Part shown: in pieces, positions 1 through 11,500 of the stretch | How positions within the stretch are numbered: position 1 is the stretch's first letter | How the letters are laid out: the number at the start of each line of letters is the position of its first letter | DNA from: Zancudomyces culisetae HAW-14-8 | Taxonomy: Eukaryota > Fungi > Kickxellomycota | NCBI GenBank assembly: GCA_052426225.1 | Contig: JBNJNM010000023.1 | Location: forward strand, 806,001 to 870,000 | Direction of reading: 5' to 3' | DNA: 64,000 nt | Translations under genes and position numbers: made by a program | Notes under the pieces: model-generated | Databases searched by the model: none | Told to the model about the DNA's origin: nothing | The model's input: the letters and a program-made list of their open reading frames with translations, nothing else

Positions 1-400
1 TTAAACAGAATCCTTCTTGTACAATGTCTATATTTCTTACTGTTATGAATATGTTTTAAACTACTAAAAGAGCTAAAGAGACTCCTAATGAGATCTCTTT
101 GGCTTTTATATATGTAAATTGCTAATTTTAAAACTATTACTAATCTTATCCTATTAATATTTAATATATCCGCTATCTCTTCATATTATGCTTTGTGGTC
201 GTCCTCATAGTTTGACTCATTTTCCATAGTCGATTAAATACTCTTTAATTTAATTAAATATACTAATAATAATAAATTCTTTTTATGTCTTTATTTCATT
301 TTGTAATTTTTCTCTTGGATTTTTGATCTGACTATTTGCTTCATTTTATGATCAGAAATAATCTTCATATTTTTGATTGTTAATGGTTAAATATAATTCA
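1..400 (-). repeat. Diverged duplicate of the upstream region of the 662..922 small gene (another family member probably lies left of the window)
   Basis: 3-85 (aaacagaatccttcttgtacaatgtctata...ctactaaaagagctaaagagactcc) aligns with 1021-1102; 311-360 (tttgatctga...tgatcag) aligns with 1307-1355; offset ~1.0 kb. Confidence 0.75.
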
Positions 401-661
401 TTTCATTTTTAGATAATTGAATAATTTCCTTTGAATATTTATATATTCCCAAGATATCGGATTAAGTTGGGATTATACCCAGAACACACGACACAACGCT
501 TTCTTCGTGTATCCAATAATCTATACTATTCCATTAAAATACACTTAACACAAAAGTTATAAATTAACAAATTAAATATTCAATAGAAGTATCTAGATGA
601 ATGTATATGCCCGAAATAGTAGTTAGTTGTGTCTCTTTTAAAAGGCTTTAGTTTAAAAATG

Positions 662-922
662 TTAATTTAGTAATAACGTGTTTACTTTTATCCTAATGCA
701 GTGTCGGACGAGACCGGGCTTGTCACGTTCCTTGATCAGGCTTTTCATGCTAGGAAACTGTTGTTGCACATGCTCTTGGACAAAAGCAAATGGATCATGT
801 GACTCGGTACGATCCAACTCCATAGAGGTGGCTCCGGAACAGTCGCTGTCCGGAGAGTAACGACCCTCATCCTTGAACTGTTGGATGATGGCTGCACGTA
901 GTTGCTGCATGTGACCTGACAT
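662..922 (-). CDS. Small orphan protein (86 aa), member of a local family
   Basis: GC-richer ATG-initiated ORF in an AT desert; clear homolog at 5668-5890 (KDEG.YS.DSD.SGAT...DPF). Confidence 0.55.
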   Translation of the reverse strand: MSGHMQQLRAAIIQQFKDEGRYSPDSDCSGATSMELDRTESHDPFAFVQEHVQQQFPSMKSLIKERDKPGLVRHCIRIKVNTLLLN

Positions 923-1892
923 GAGATTTTAATAATTTTAAACTTTTACTATTTACTACTTTAAACTTTTAGCCGAAGCACTATTAATATTATTATATTG
1001 AAATTAAATACACTTGTACTAAACAAAATTCTTCTTGTTCAATGTCTATATACTTGTTTTTTATGTATAGTTTGAAAACTACTAAAGAGCTGAAGAACTC
1101 CTATATTGTTTTCATTTACTAAATTTGAATACTTAATATTTTGTGCTATCTGCAAAATTGATATATTCCGCATGCAATTATTTAAATCATAATGTATTTC
1201 CTCGTTCATAGTTAATAATTTCTTTACTCGTGCTTTTCTCTAATGATAGTTTATATTTACTAATAATATTAAATTCCTTTTATGGTGTTTAAAAAAAAAA
1301 TACTTTTCTCTTATTATTTTGATCTGAACATTTTCGAAGTTTGTGATCAGTATTAATTGTTATTTTTATTAGCTAAAATAATAATTAAAACGAATTTTAT
1401 TATTTGTCACTTTATAATTTTACATATATATACCCAGTTAAAAATTAATGTAAAGGTCGTAAAATGGACCAAAGGCTAATGGCTATATAATTGATGTATT
1501 TTATTTCTGTGTAATTATTGTAATATATCGTAGATGTATTAATTATCGTATATATTTTTCAGCTAATGTGATGGCTGAGTTTGGTATAGCACTGATTATG
1601 TCAGTTATACTCAGGTCTCGGATCACTTCACTAGTTATGTTTGCCTTATGAAGAATGTTTTAAATACCTTTTATTATTGATAAAATACCAATAAAACACT
1701 AAGTAAACTATATCAGTAAGGTGCTATTTTCAAATATTAAGTATTTATAAACGTATATGTAAAGTATATTCTTGTTAGAAAGGCTAAAGATGCTATTTTC
1801 GTTGTCCGCTCTCGTTATATTCGGTTTGTTATTTAGTTTACTATCTTAGATCATTTTTACTATTTATTCTGCTAGCTCTCATTGGTAGTTAT

Positions 1893-2304
1893 TGTCAAGA
1901 TCTGATGTCTGGAGAGTTATATTTATTATTATTAATGTTTATTGTATGAATGTATACAAGATACTAGATACTGAATCCAAGACAGGAAAATTGTACCCTT
2001 TTTATACTATTTTCCAGCCTTGGTTTTTGAACAAAATCACTAGAAAACTGCGGAATAGCTAAAAATGAAAGGTAAAGAAAAACGTGTTTGATTACTAATC
2101 CAATTTGATTAGTAATCAAACAAAAATCAAATATGAATGCTAATAAAATTAAACATGTGGAAATTATTACGTAAGAAAAATTAATTAATAATGTGAATTT
2201 TCGGTAATGTTCTAGAATGTTCCCCAACATTCTAGAACATTACTGCGGAATGAAATCAGATGATTCTAGAACGTTTTCGAACATTCTAGAATCAGTTCAT
2301 GACA
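1893..2304. mobile_element. Nested solo LTR, family B (412 bp)
   Basis: Termini TGTCAAGA...TCATGACA (7/8 inverted), flanks GTTAT/TTTAT (5-bp TSD, 1 mismatch); segment absent from the other family A copy. Confidence 0.6.
2210..2291. promoter_or_regulatory. Heat-shock element (nGAAn) array
   Basis: Four TTCTAGAA (2210, 2230, 2264, 2284), including perfect three-unit HSEs TTC-TA-GAA-TG-TTC and GAA-CA-TTC-TA-GAA. Confidence 0.55.
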
Positions 2305-2465
2305 TTTATTTTCTACTAAGGAATCACGATTTTTTGCTAGCAAAAAGTATGTAGCCGTTATACTACATTATTAAAGAAAAAACTATAATGATCAATATCA
2401 AAGTGGTCATAAAAGTAAAATAATGAATAAAAAATAAATGAATTAGCACTAATGAAAAAATATTA

Positions 2466-2538
2466 TGGGGACTCCGAGGATTGAACTCGGGACCGTACGA
2501 TCTTCAGTCGCACGCTCTCCCAGCTGAGCTAAGTCCCC
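2466..2538 (-). tRNA. tRNA-Phe(GAA)
   Basis: GGGGACTTAGCTCAGCTGGGAGAGCGTGCGACT-GAA-GATCGTACGGTCCCGAGTTCAATCCTCGGAGTCCCCA folds to a full cloverleaf; T-run terminator follows. Confidence 0.97.
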
Positions 2539-3039
2539 TATGTTGTCGCAATAAGCCGAATTGTAATCCAAATCCGAATAGTGTACAAGAAATTTTGTTG
2601 TACACTCATTGCGGAATGCCAATTTTTATAATTTTTATTGTCTTTAAATTTTTGTTCAAATTAATTTCGACTCAGCATGAAATAAATTCTACATGCTGAG
2701 TCCATTCAATAATGATGATTCTAGTACGAAATATGTTTTCATACTGAACATCAAATAATTTTAATGATTATGTGTTCCCACACATAATCTTAATTGCACG
2801 TATGCTGCAATTATGAAACAAAACTATTAGTATACTTAACAGCATAATAATAGTGTATAGTTAATTTATTATATTGAAAAACTAGGTTAACATTTAAGTT
2901 TTTAATCATATATATAATTGATAGAGTAGTCTATTAGGTAACTTTATCCATGTCCTACTTTACGGATTAAATAGTATAGTTAATAAACTCAATAAAACAA
3001 ACTTTAAAAGTATATACATATAATAAATAACCAAACATC

Positions 3040-3429
3040 ATGAACTATTTCTTTTATACCAAGAGTAAATCCAAGAGGGATTCTGAAACTAGCTCCAGCC
3101 TGAGCACGGCTAGTAGCATGGACCAAGAGACTGGGGTTTTAAGCCCTCGGACTCTTGGGGAGTTGACAGAAAGTGTCCGTCAACTCCAAATCCGTAGGAG
3201 CCCAGAACCAATGTCCGTGAGCAGTATCTCACCGACATTGTATAGGGGAAACAGCTCACCCGAGCACCCTATTATGCACATCACACTACGGGGTAGTGGT
3301 GCATCTTCATCAAGTGGTCATACCCGAACTGGTATGACACATGATGAACTTAATAATCATGGTTACACGAATTATGATTATTACGACAATGTCTGTTGTT
3401 GTATAATTACATGTTTAACCTCCTACTGA
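3040..3429 (+). CDS. Ser-rich orphan protein (129 aa) with C-terminal Cys cluster (VCCCIITC)
   Basis: ATG ORF, GC-richer than flanks, A-rich leader and TATA-like tract ~130 bp upstream; no recognisable domain. Confidence 0.55.
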   Translation: MNYFFYTKSKSKRDSETSSSLSTASSMDQETGVLSPRTLGELTESVRQLQIRRSPEPMSVSSISPTLYRGNSSPEHPIMHITLRGSGASSSSGHTRTGMTHDELNNHGYTNYDYYDNVCCCIITCLTSY

Positions 3430-5178
3430 GTAATATAATTACCCGGTATTATACAGGACGGTACATTTATTATTTGATATTAGGACTATAATAAATTAGG
3501 GAGAAAAAGACAATTTATTAATTAATTCAAAACTAGACTATTTAATGCTTAAAATAATACTTATTAAATTAACCAATAAAATACAAGGAAATACAGGTAT
3601 ATAATTCCACTATATAACACTGTGGGGTATGAAACCTACAACTTAATAATTCATGCTAAATCTACACATTAATATACATTGTTTAAGAACGTTTTTTATA
3701 ATTTTGGTTGTTTATGTTACTTACATTCTTATCGTTGTTTGAGAGTCAAAACGTTTTTCCCACTGGGTTTTTTCATCGTATGACTCTATATATTTACAAT
3801 TTCTCATTTTATATTAGTAGTATAATTTTATATGCTTATATTTATTTACCTTAACTTTAGTTTCTTTTATATAGCACACAAGAGAACCTCTTGTGGAAAA
3901 ACTTGTCTGTTCTTGAAATAAAATCGCTTTATCAAAATACATATAGTATATACTTAAAAATTAGGCGAACTGGAAATTTTTATAAAAATTTTAAACGTCG
4001 ATCAAAAATCTCTTGATAAAATATTAAATAATAAAACTACAGAATTCATACGACAGTTTGTTGTGTGTTGCCATGTTTAACGTCCCATTTAGTGTTTTTT
4101 ACACTAAATAACACACGGGACGGGTCATTTTACTTACCTTTTACTATATGCTGTGAATTATTATATAGTACTTTGGATTTTGCAAAAGAGGACATTTATT
4201 TAGTTAAACAAAAATTTCAATTTTATACAATAAAATCTACAAAAAATCTAACTAAAAATTACAAAACACAATTAACCAATAGAAATGTTTTACCTATTGT
4301 AGGCATACAACATGTTATGTTCACTTTCGACCCTTTTTGCTAGTAGTCGTAGTTATTCGTTATTTAGTTGGTTTATAATTTAATAGAAAAGTTAATTATC
4401 TACTTGTTTTGTTCGAAACTCTAACTAACTATTAAGACTTGTTTATTCTTTTGGTTATTATTCTTTATTTTTTATTGCTAATAAGTTGTTATTTCTAAAA
4501 GTTGTTCTTCCCAACTATAAATAAAATTTATATATAAACTATTTTTTTTCCAATCTATTTCGTTATCTCAATTTTTTTGTGTTATCAATTATTGTTTTGT
4601 AATTTCTTGGCTCATTAAAAAAACCCAAATTGTTAGGGAAAAAAGAGTCCAATTTTTCCACTAATTTTAATATAGTAATTTATCAGAATTGACTTTGTCA
4701 ATTCGTATTTTTTATAATATATAATTAATTATGCAACATTTTGTTGTAATTTTAAATTACACATAATTTCTCAGGAAATTTCCGCAACTAAACCTACAAA
4801 AAGTTCTGTTAATTGAGGGGGATTGTTACTGGAATAAGTTTTACTTTATTTAACCAGTCTACCCTACCTTTATAGCTTTTATTTAATTTAGTTTTATGTA
4901 TTTATTACTTCAATAAATGCGATAAAACTGGGTAAAATTACGCCCAATTCCTAAAATTTGGTGTGCAAAACAATTAATTTTGGTCCAAAAATTAGACTCT
5001 GATACCTTTCTGATACCCTTTGAAAATTGTGTTACGCTTCACTACCTATGTTTTTTTTTGGTTTTAGGTAGGTTTTTGCTTCAAATCACAAATTTCAATT
5101 TTATAGAGTAAAATATGGTATTTTAGAGCTAATTTATAATTTATTTAATGAATAACTTTAAAAAATAAAAAGATAAAA

Positions 5179-5441
5179 CCACCAAACTTGTGGTGGGGTT
5201 ACTAGTAATATACTAGTACCTGACTAGCTATTTTATTAGAACTTTATATAATAGAAACTTAAAATAAAACAATGAAAACTGAATATTTCACCAACATTTT
5301 GGGTGATAATTTCACCCTAGTAATCCCAGATTACTAGCTCGAACACCCGAGATAACGGTGGTTATTCGGTGTTTGAGAAGCTGTATGCTGTTCATCCAAT
5401 AGTTTAGCTTGGATAGAACTAAGCATACAACAGTCGTGTTG
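5179..5441. other. Cluster of adjacent stem-loops
   Basis: CCACCA/TGGTGG, GGGTGA/TCACCC, CTAGTAATC/GATTACTAG, CTCGAACAC/GTGTTTGAG, TGTATGCT/AGCATACA with inner ATCCAA/TTGGAT, CAACA/TGTTG. Confidence 0.5.
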
Positions 5442-5667
5442 TTTAATTAAATTTACTTTTACTGTAATTATTTTTCTTATTTATATATATTATAATATGT
5501 ATCGTACAATTATTGTTATAAAATATAAACTTAATTGAAACTATTATAAACTTAATGTAAACATCTGGAGTTGATCAATACATTTTTTTACTACTATAAA
5601 GCTTGGTTGATAGAATGGTATTTATTTCCTAATGCAAAAACTAACTCTTTAAATATTTTTCCTATTG

Positions 5668-5890
5668 TCACGCGAGTACGGACTGATACTCGCCGGTCGT
5701 CGGGTTACTCATGCGTAGGAAGGCTTGTTCAGCAAGCTCTTTAAAAGGGTCAGGCGATCCTCTGGAATTCACCTCCTTGTTGGTGGCCCCAGAGCGATCA
5801 CTGTCAGATGAGTATTCGCCTTCATCTTTTGCTTACTGAATCCACGCGGTTCTTAGTATATGGATAAGATCTAACTTATTGAGTTTGAGA
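5668..5890 (-). pseudogene. Pseudogene paralog of the 662..922 protein
   Basis: Translates ILRTAWIQ*AKDEGEYSSDSDRSGATNKEVNSRGSPDPF versus QLRAAIIQQFKDEGRYSPDSDCSGATSMELDRTESHDPF; TAA at 5833-5835, no in-frame ATG; shared upstream motif taaaagagctaa at ~6015. Confidence 0.7.
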
Positions 5891-6849
5891 TCTTAATAGT
5901 TTTTTATTTATCTAGCCATAGCATATACATATAAACTTTTATTTATCTTAAACCTAGCTTATAGTCATCAATTGTTTTTATTTATCATTATAATATTATT
6001 TTATTAAAGCTATTAAAAGAGCTAAGGAATCCTCTATAAGTCTATCTTTGTAATATATACTACTATTTAATAAATCTAATAATAGCTATATTTAATAAAT
6101 CTAATAATAGCTATATTTAATTAACTCTTGTTTCATTCTTGTTTTACCCTGTTCTTATTTGCGGTTATGTACTTACTTTAGTATTAATATTCTTTAATTT
6201 CTTAAATCAAACAATAATAAACTATTTAATAAAACATATTTATATTTTTTTCATTATATTATTTTTATGTTGTAATATCTTTTTTAAATTGACTTGTAGA
6301 TTGTTTCGTTTTAGTAATTGACTTTGTAAATCTTTAGTAGATTGTTTGTGTAGTAAATAAAACATTTAATTGAAAAATTTGAATCCCAATCTTCATTTAA
6401 TAAATCAACATATATTAGTTTATTAATAGTTTTAGAATATAAATTTTTTTTATACAACTTTTGTAAAAAAAGGATACAATTCCTTACCAATAACAATATA
6501 TTTGTCTATCTCGTTATTTAATCTAATAATTATTAGCATTATTTACTAATACCTTGTCATTATGCCTATTTAATTTAGAATTTTTTTCAATCTACCTGTT
6601 TAATTTGATAATTCCGTAATTATTGCGTACAATTGCGCTATCTAACATAGTAGGTTTTACCAGTTATTGTTAGAGGTATATTATTGACTCTTTAATTTTG
6701 TTTTTTCACATATTTCTAAACTCATAACCCGTTTAAAAACCAAGATTACTATTATAAACTATTAATTGCTTCAGTTTGAAAAACGCTATCTAGCAATCAA
6801 GATTTAACATCATTAAAATTACTATTGGCATTTTTAATTGCTTCATGTT

Positions 6850-8100
6850 CTACCCTGGGCTTGATGTAGGTCTCCTGCCATTTTTATTGGGACCGTATGC
6901 CACTCTGTTTTGCCATACTAGCATCCTGTTTCATATACATAGGTCTCTGTTGAATATGTATGCTCATATATCGGTTTCTGTACTTTCCACACCTTTGCTA
7001 ATCCGAATTTGGCCTTCATATAGGCGTGTATTCCCTTTTTGCCTGTTTCTTAACCTTTCACACTTACTTGGCGATTATTTATCCTTCACATTCTACTCAA
7101 TTTGAAGGCAGTATCTTTTCCAATGACCTTGATTTTTGCAGTAGATACACATTGGGTCACACCGTTTCCAGAATATGACTCTTATGGGCCTCTTCACTTA
7201 CATTGCACTTGTATCTGTGCATCATTCTTCATTGTTAGAAGTATCTTCATTTTTCGCTCTGACAAGAGGCTGACGAACTTCGCAAAAACTTCTGTAAGAT
7301 CAGCATTTCACATTTTGAGAGTTCCTTAAAAGGTTTTACGATAAGTTACCAGCGAATCCTATTTCTGAGAGGTTTGGATTTTTAATACTTTTTCCTTCTG
7401 ATCTTATTTCTTAATTTAAAATATTCCACTGTTTTCTGAAAAATATATTTTTCTGTTGTACGGTTTTTAGCCTTACTTATACTAGAAGGTAGTGTACATT
7501 ATATGGTCTACCTTATAGTTTAGAATACCTCCAAAGTATGTGTGTTGTGTCTGTGGATTGTGAGCTTAGCCTGGTTTTAATCTTTAACAGGTTGAGATCA
7601 TGATATTCCGAATGTAAATTCTGAGCCCTTCAACTTCACCCTTTTCGCCGGTCTTTCCCTGCTCTCTTAGCTAATCTTTTAATTGATTTTTCAGTAAACA
7701 CTTTGGGTTCGTAAAATGCTGTTTGTTTTTTTGGCAGTTTACGTCATTCTCTGAAAATGAAAAAATTTGCATGGCTCGGAACAAACAAACTGGATCCATC
7801 CTTTTGACGTGCTACCACTCCGATTTAGCTTGTTTGTTGAAATTTTTGGTACCTCCAATGTCGGTTTTACTACCATTCTCGTTTCCTTCAACATTGCTGG
7901 TTTGGTTAAAAACCATATACACAACTTTCTAATGGCTGCAATTCGATTGGTATATCCAAGAAAACGTTTTGCTCAACTTAAATCACTCGAAGTATGTGAT
8001 TGTGCTAAATTCTTTGCCAATTGTTCCTTCAAGTTTACCATTGCTAGCAGTTTGTAAATATCATGATTTTCTTTAAAAATTATACCGATTATCACTTTTT
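6850..8100 (-). pseudogene. Decayed retrotransposon gag relic
   Basis: 7149..7108 encodes CIYCKNQGHWKRYC (CX2CX4HX4C zinc knuckle) within stop-interrupted coding-like sequence; boundaries approximate. Confidence 0.6.
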
Positions 8101-8540
8101 TATCTTTATTGTAAATATTTTTCTTAATGAATTTAATAAATACGATTACAACAACTCGAGTTTATTTTTACAACATTTATTTAATTTCTTGATAGGCGTC
8201 ACTTAAGTATGAATCCACCAGTATTTCGATGTTGGTATAGGATTATTAAACTAACTGAATGATTTTGTTAATAGACAGGTCCAAAATCAAAATTCATGTT
8301 TGTCTCTAATTTATTATTTTATTAAAGAAAATTTAATAATAGTCTAAAGTTTTATACTTAATCTAATAGCAATGCGGTTAATAATAACATGAAATAAAAG
8401 CCATAAAATGATAATTACATTCATTGCCAACCTGTTGGTTGGAATAAAATATAACGAATTATGAAAGTAGTATGGCATTTTTATAATATAGACGTATATA
8501 ATGGTACAAAAATACGGCGGTATAATTTATTGAGTTGATA

Positions 8541-11500
8541 CTATTGCGTTTCGGTGGAAGTTATGACAGGTGTAACAGTATTTGGTGCACAAATAACCTT
8601 GACAAACACCTTTACAGGAATAGGTACAGACACAATGTTACTCTGTGAACCGTCAGCTGTTGGCTTTGGTGGTAAAATTACACCTACATGCAATTTTGCT
8701 GCAAGCACTGAAGATGATTTTCTAGAAACAGTAGATATGTTGGACGTTGTCTGAGTTGGTGTTGCACTTACGTTTAAAGCCATCTTTTTAGATATCGATA
8801 CCAGTCCCATTGGTGCTCCCACATCTCGTACTGGTGAATATAATGTTCCTGCAGAAGAAGTTGCTAGTGTACTGACAGTTATAGATGTTTTTATGCTTGG
8901 TACGGGTATATTCTTACTCATGCGAGCTCCAGAAGTTTCAAGACCCTGAACTGAAATACTGCTAATAGGTACAGACGTTAATGTGGTAGTTTCAGACACT
9001 CTAGTGGTTAGCTTTTCAGTAGTTTTACCTAATGCTGTTTTTTTAATCCATCCTGTTCCCCATTTTTTCCTATTAGTTTGCTTTTCTAGCAATTTTGCGT
9101 TCTTTGATCTCATAGGATCCTCCATCTTCTTTTTTTCTTGTACCTCATTATGCTCGCGCATTATATTCCTTTTTCTCTTTTCTACTCTCTTCTTCCATTC
9201 ATCGCCCCAAATTTCTCTTGAATAAACTCGAGAATAAAATGAGGTAGCAGATGGGGATGATAGTGATGACAAAGGTAGTGATGGTGGTGTTGATGATGGC
9301 ACACTAGTTGTAAATATACCTGTTACAACAAGAGCTCTTGGAATCCTCCCTACAGTTGTTTGGGCACTCTGAATATTTGTACTACTACTTGAAACATCGG
9401 TGAATGTAGGTGGTCTCGATTTTGATGTCGATCTTGCTTTTCGCCTTTCTATTTTTTTTCGCCACTCATCACCCCACTTTTGTTTTGAATGAGTACGGGA
9501 GGATGGTACAGCAACTGATGATGATTTTGGCGTTGATCTTAGCGTTGGTGTAGTTAATGATTTTGCTGATGAAAGTGGTGTGCTAGCTGCTGGTGTACTA
9601 GGTGTAACAGCTGCTCCTACCATGCGTGCCACAGCTGCTTGGATACTTTGGATTTGTGCGCTACTGCTTGAAGTACTGGTGGGTGTAGGTGATTTCGATT
9701 TTGTTGTCGATCTTGCTTTTCGCCTTTCTATTTTTTTCCGCCACTCGTCACCCCACTTTTGTTTTGAATGAGTACGAGTGGGTGTTATAGAAGCCAAATA
9801 TGTTGGTGATAAAGTCAGAGATACCGATTTCTTATATTTAGCTAAATCTGATTTAATGGCAGCTCCTATCATGCGTGCCACAGCTGCTTGAACACTTTGG
9901 ATTTGTGCGCTACTGCTTGAAGTACTGGTGGGTGTAGGTGATTTCGATTTTGAACTCAACTTTCTTTGTTTAGTTTGTTTTCGCCTTTGTTTTTTGTCAC
10001 CCCACTTTTGTTTTGAATGAGTACGGGAGGATGGTACAGCAACTGGTGATGTTGTTGGTGTTGGTTTTAACGTTGGTGTGGTCAATGATTTTGTTGATGA
10101 AAGTGGTGTGCTAGCTGCTGGTGTACTAGGCGTAACAGCTGCTCCTACCATGCGTGCCACAGCTGCTTGGACACTTTGGATTTGTGCGCTACTGCTTGAA
10201 GTACTGGTGGGTGTAGGTGATTTCGATTTTGTTGTCGATCTTGCTTTTCGCCTTTCTATTTTTTTCCGCCACTCGTCATCCCACTTTTGTTTTGAATGAG
10301 TACGAGTGGGTGTTATAGAAGCCAAATATGTTGGTGATAAAGTCAGAGATACCGATTTCTTATATTTAGCTAAATCTGATTTAATGGCAGCTCCTATCAT
10401 GCGTGCCACAGCTGCTTGAACACTTTGGATTTGTGCTCTACTGCTTGAAGTACTGGTGGGTGTAGGTGGTCTTGATGTTGCTTTCGATCTTGCCTTTTGC
10501 CTTTCTATTTTTTTTCGCCACTCATCACCCCACTTTTGTTTTGAATGAGTACGGGAGGATGGTACAGCAACTGATGATGATTTTGGCGTTGATCTTAGCG
10601 TTGGTGTGGTCAATGATTTTGCTGATGAAAGTGGTGTGCTAGCTGCTGGTGTACTAGGTGTAACAACTGCTCCTACCATGCGTGCCACAGCTGCTTGGAC
10701 GCTTTGGATTTGTGCGCTACTGCTTGAAGTACTGGTGGGTGTAGATAGTTTCGATTTTGAACTCAACTTTCTTTGTTTAGTTTGTTTTCGCCTTTGTTTT
10801 TTGTCATCCCACTTTTGTTTTGAATGAGTACGGGAGGATGGTACAGCAACTGATGATGATTTTGGCGTTGATCTTAGCGTTGGTGTAGTTAATGATTTTG
10901 CTGATGAAAGTGGTGTGCTAGCTGCTGGTGTACTAGGTGTAACAACTGCTCCTACCATGCGTGCCACAGCTGCTTGGACGCTTTGGATTTGTGCGCTACT
11001 GCTTGAAGTACTGGTGGGTGTAGATAGTTTCGATCTTGAACTCAACTTTCTTTGTTTAGTTTGTTTTCGCCTTTGTTTTTTGTCATCCCACTTTTGTTTT
11101 GAATGAGTACGGGAGGATGGTACAGCAACTGGTGATGTTGTTGGTGTTGATCTTAGCGTTGGTGTGGTCAATGATTTTGCTGATGAAAGTGGTGTGCTAG
11201 CTGCTGGTGTACTAGGCGTAACAACTGCTCCTACCATGCGTGCCACAGCTGCTCGGATAGTTGGTGATGCTACATACTTTTCAGAAGTGGTGGTCAAAGC
11301 AGGCATTGAAGAAGTAGGCATTAGTATTCGAGCTTTTGGTACACTGGTTGCAGTCCTAATATATCTTCTTTTCCTTTTTCTTCTTGGTGTCCATCTATCA
11401 TAAATATCTTCATCTTCATCTTCATCTTTGTTTTCGTTTTTTAATTTCTTTCTCCATTTTTTTTTAGAATGAGTACGGGAGGATGGTACAGCAACTGGTG

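Larger units (their letters stand above)
1519..2367. mobile_element. Solo LTR, family A, copy 1 (contains a nested LTR)
   Basis: Termini TGTAATATA...TATACTACA (8/9 inverted), 4-bp TSD TTAT (1515-1518 / 2368-2371); shares blocks with 17272..17597 (gtagatgt, agctaatgt..ggctgag.ttggtatagcact, atgtagccgttatactaca). Confidence 0.75.

Noticed and set aside
1561-1630. tRNA-like D-arm/A-box (TGGCTGAGTTTGGTATAGC), also at ~17325
   Set aside because: No T-arm/B-box or cloverleaf; lies inside the family A LTR
2712-2790. Box C (ATGATGA) and CTGA suggesting a C/D snoRNA
   Set aside because: Too short, no terminal D box or stem, no recognisable guide
5382-5428. Long hairpin as a possible SECIS (some early-diverging fungi use selenocysteine)
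   Set aside because: No AUGA/GA quartet on either strand and no in-frame TGA selenoprotein seen nearby
5833-5835. TAA aligned to Gln, suggesting stop-codon reassignment
   Set aside because: Conserved genes here end normally at TAA/TAG; the copy also lacks an ATG, so it is a simple nonsense mutation
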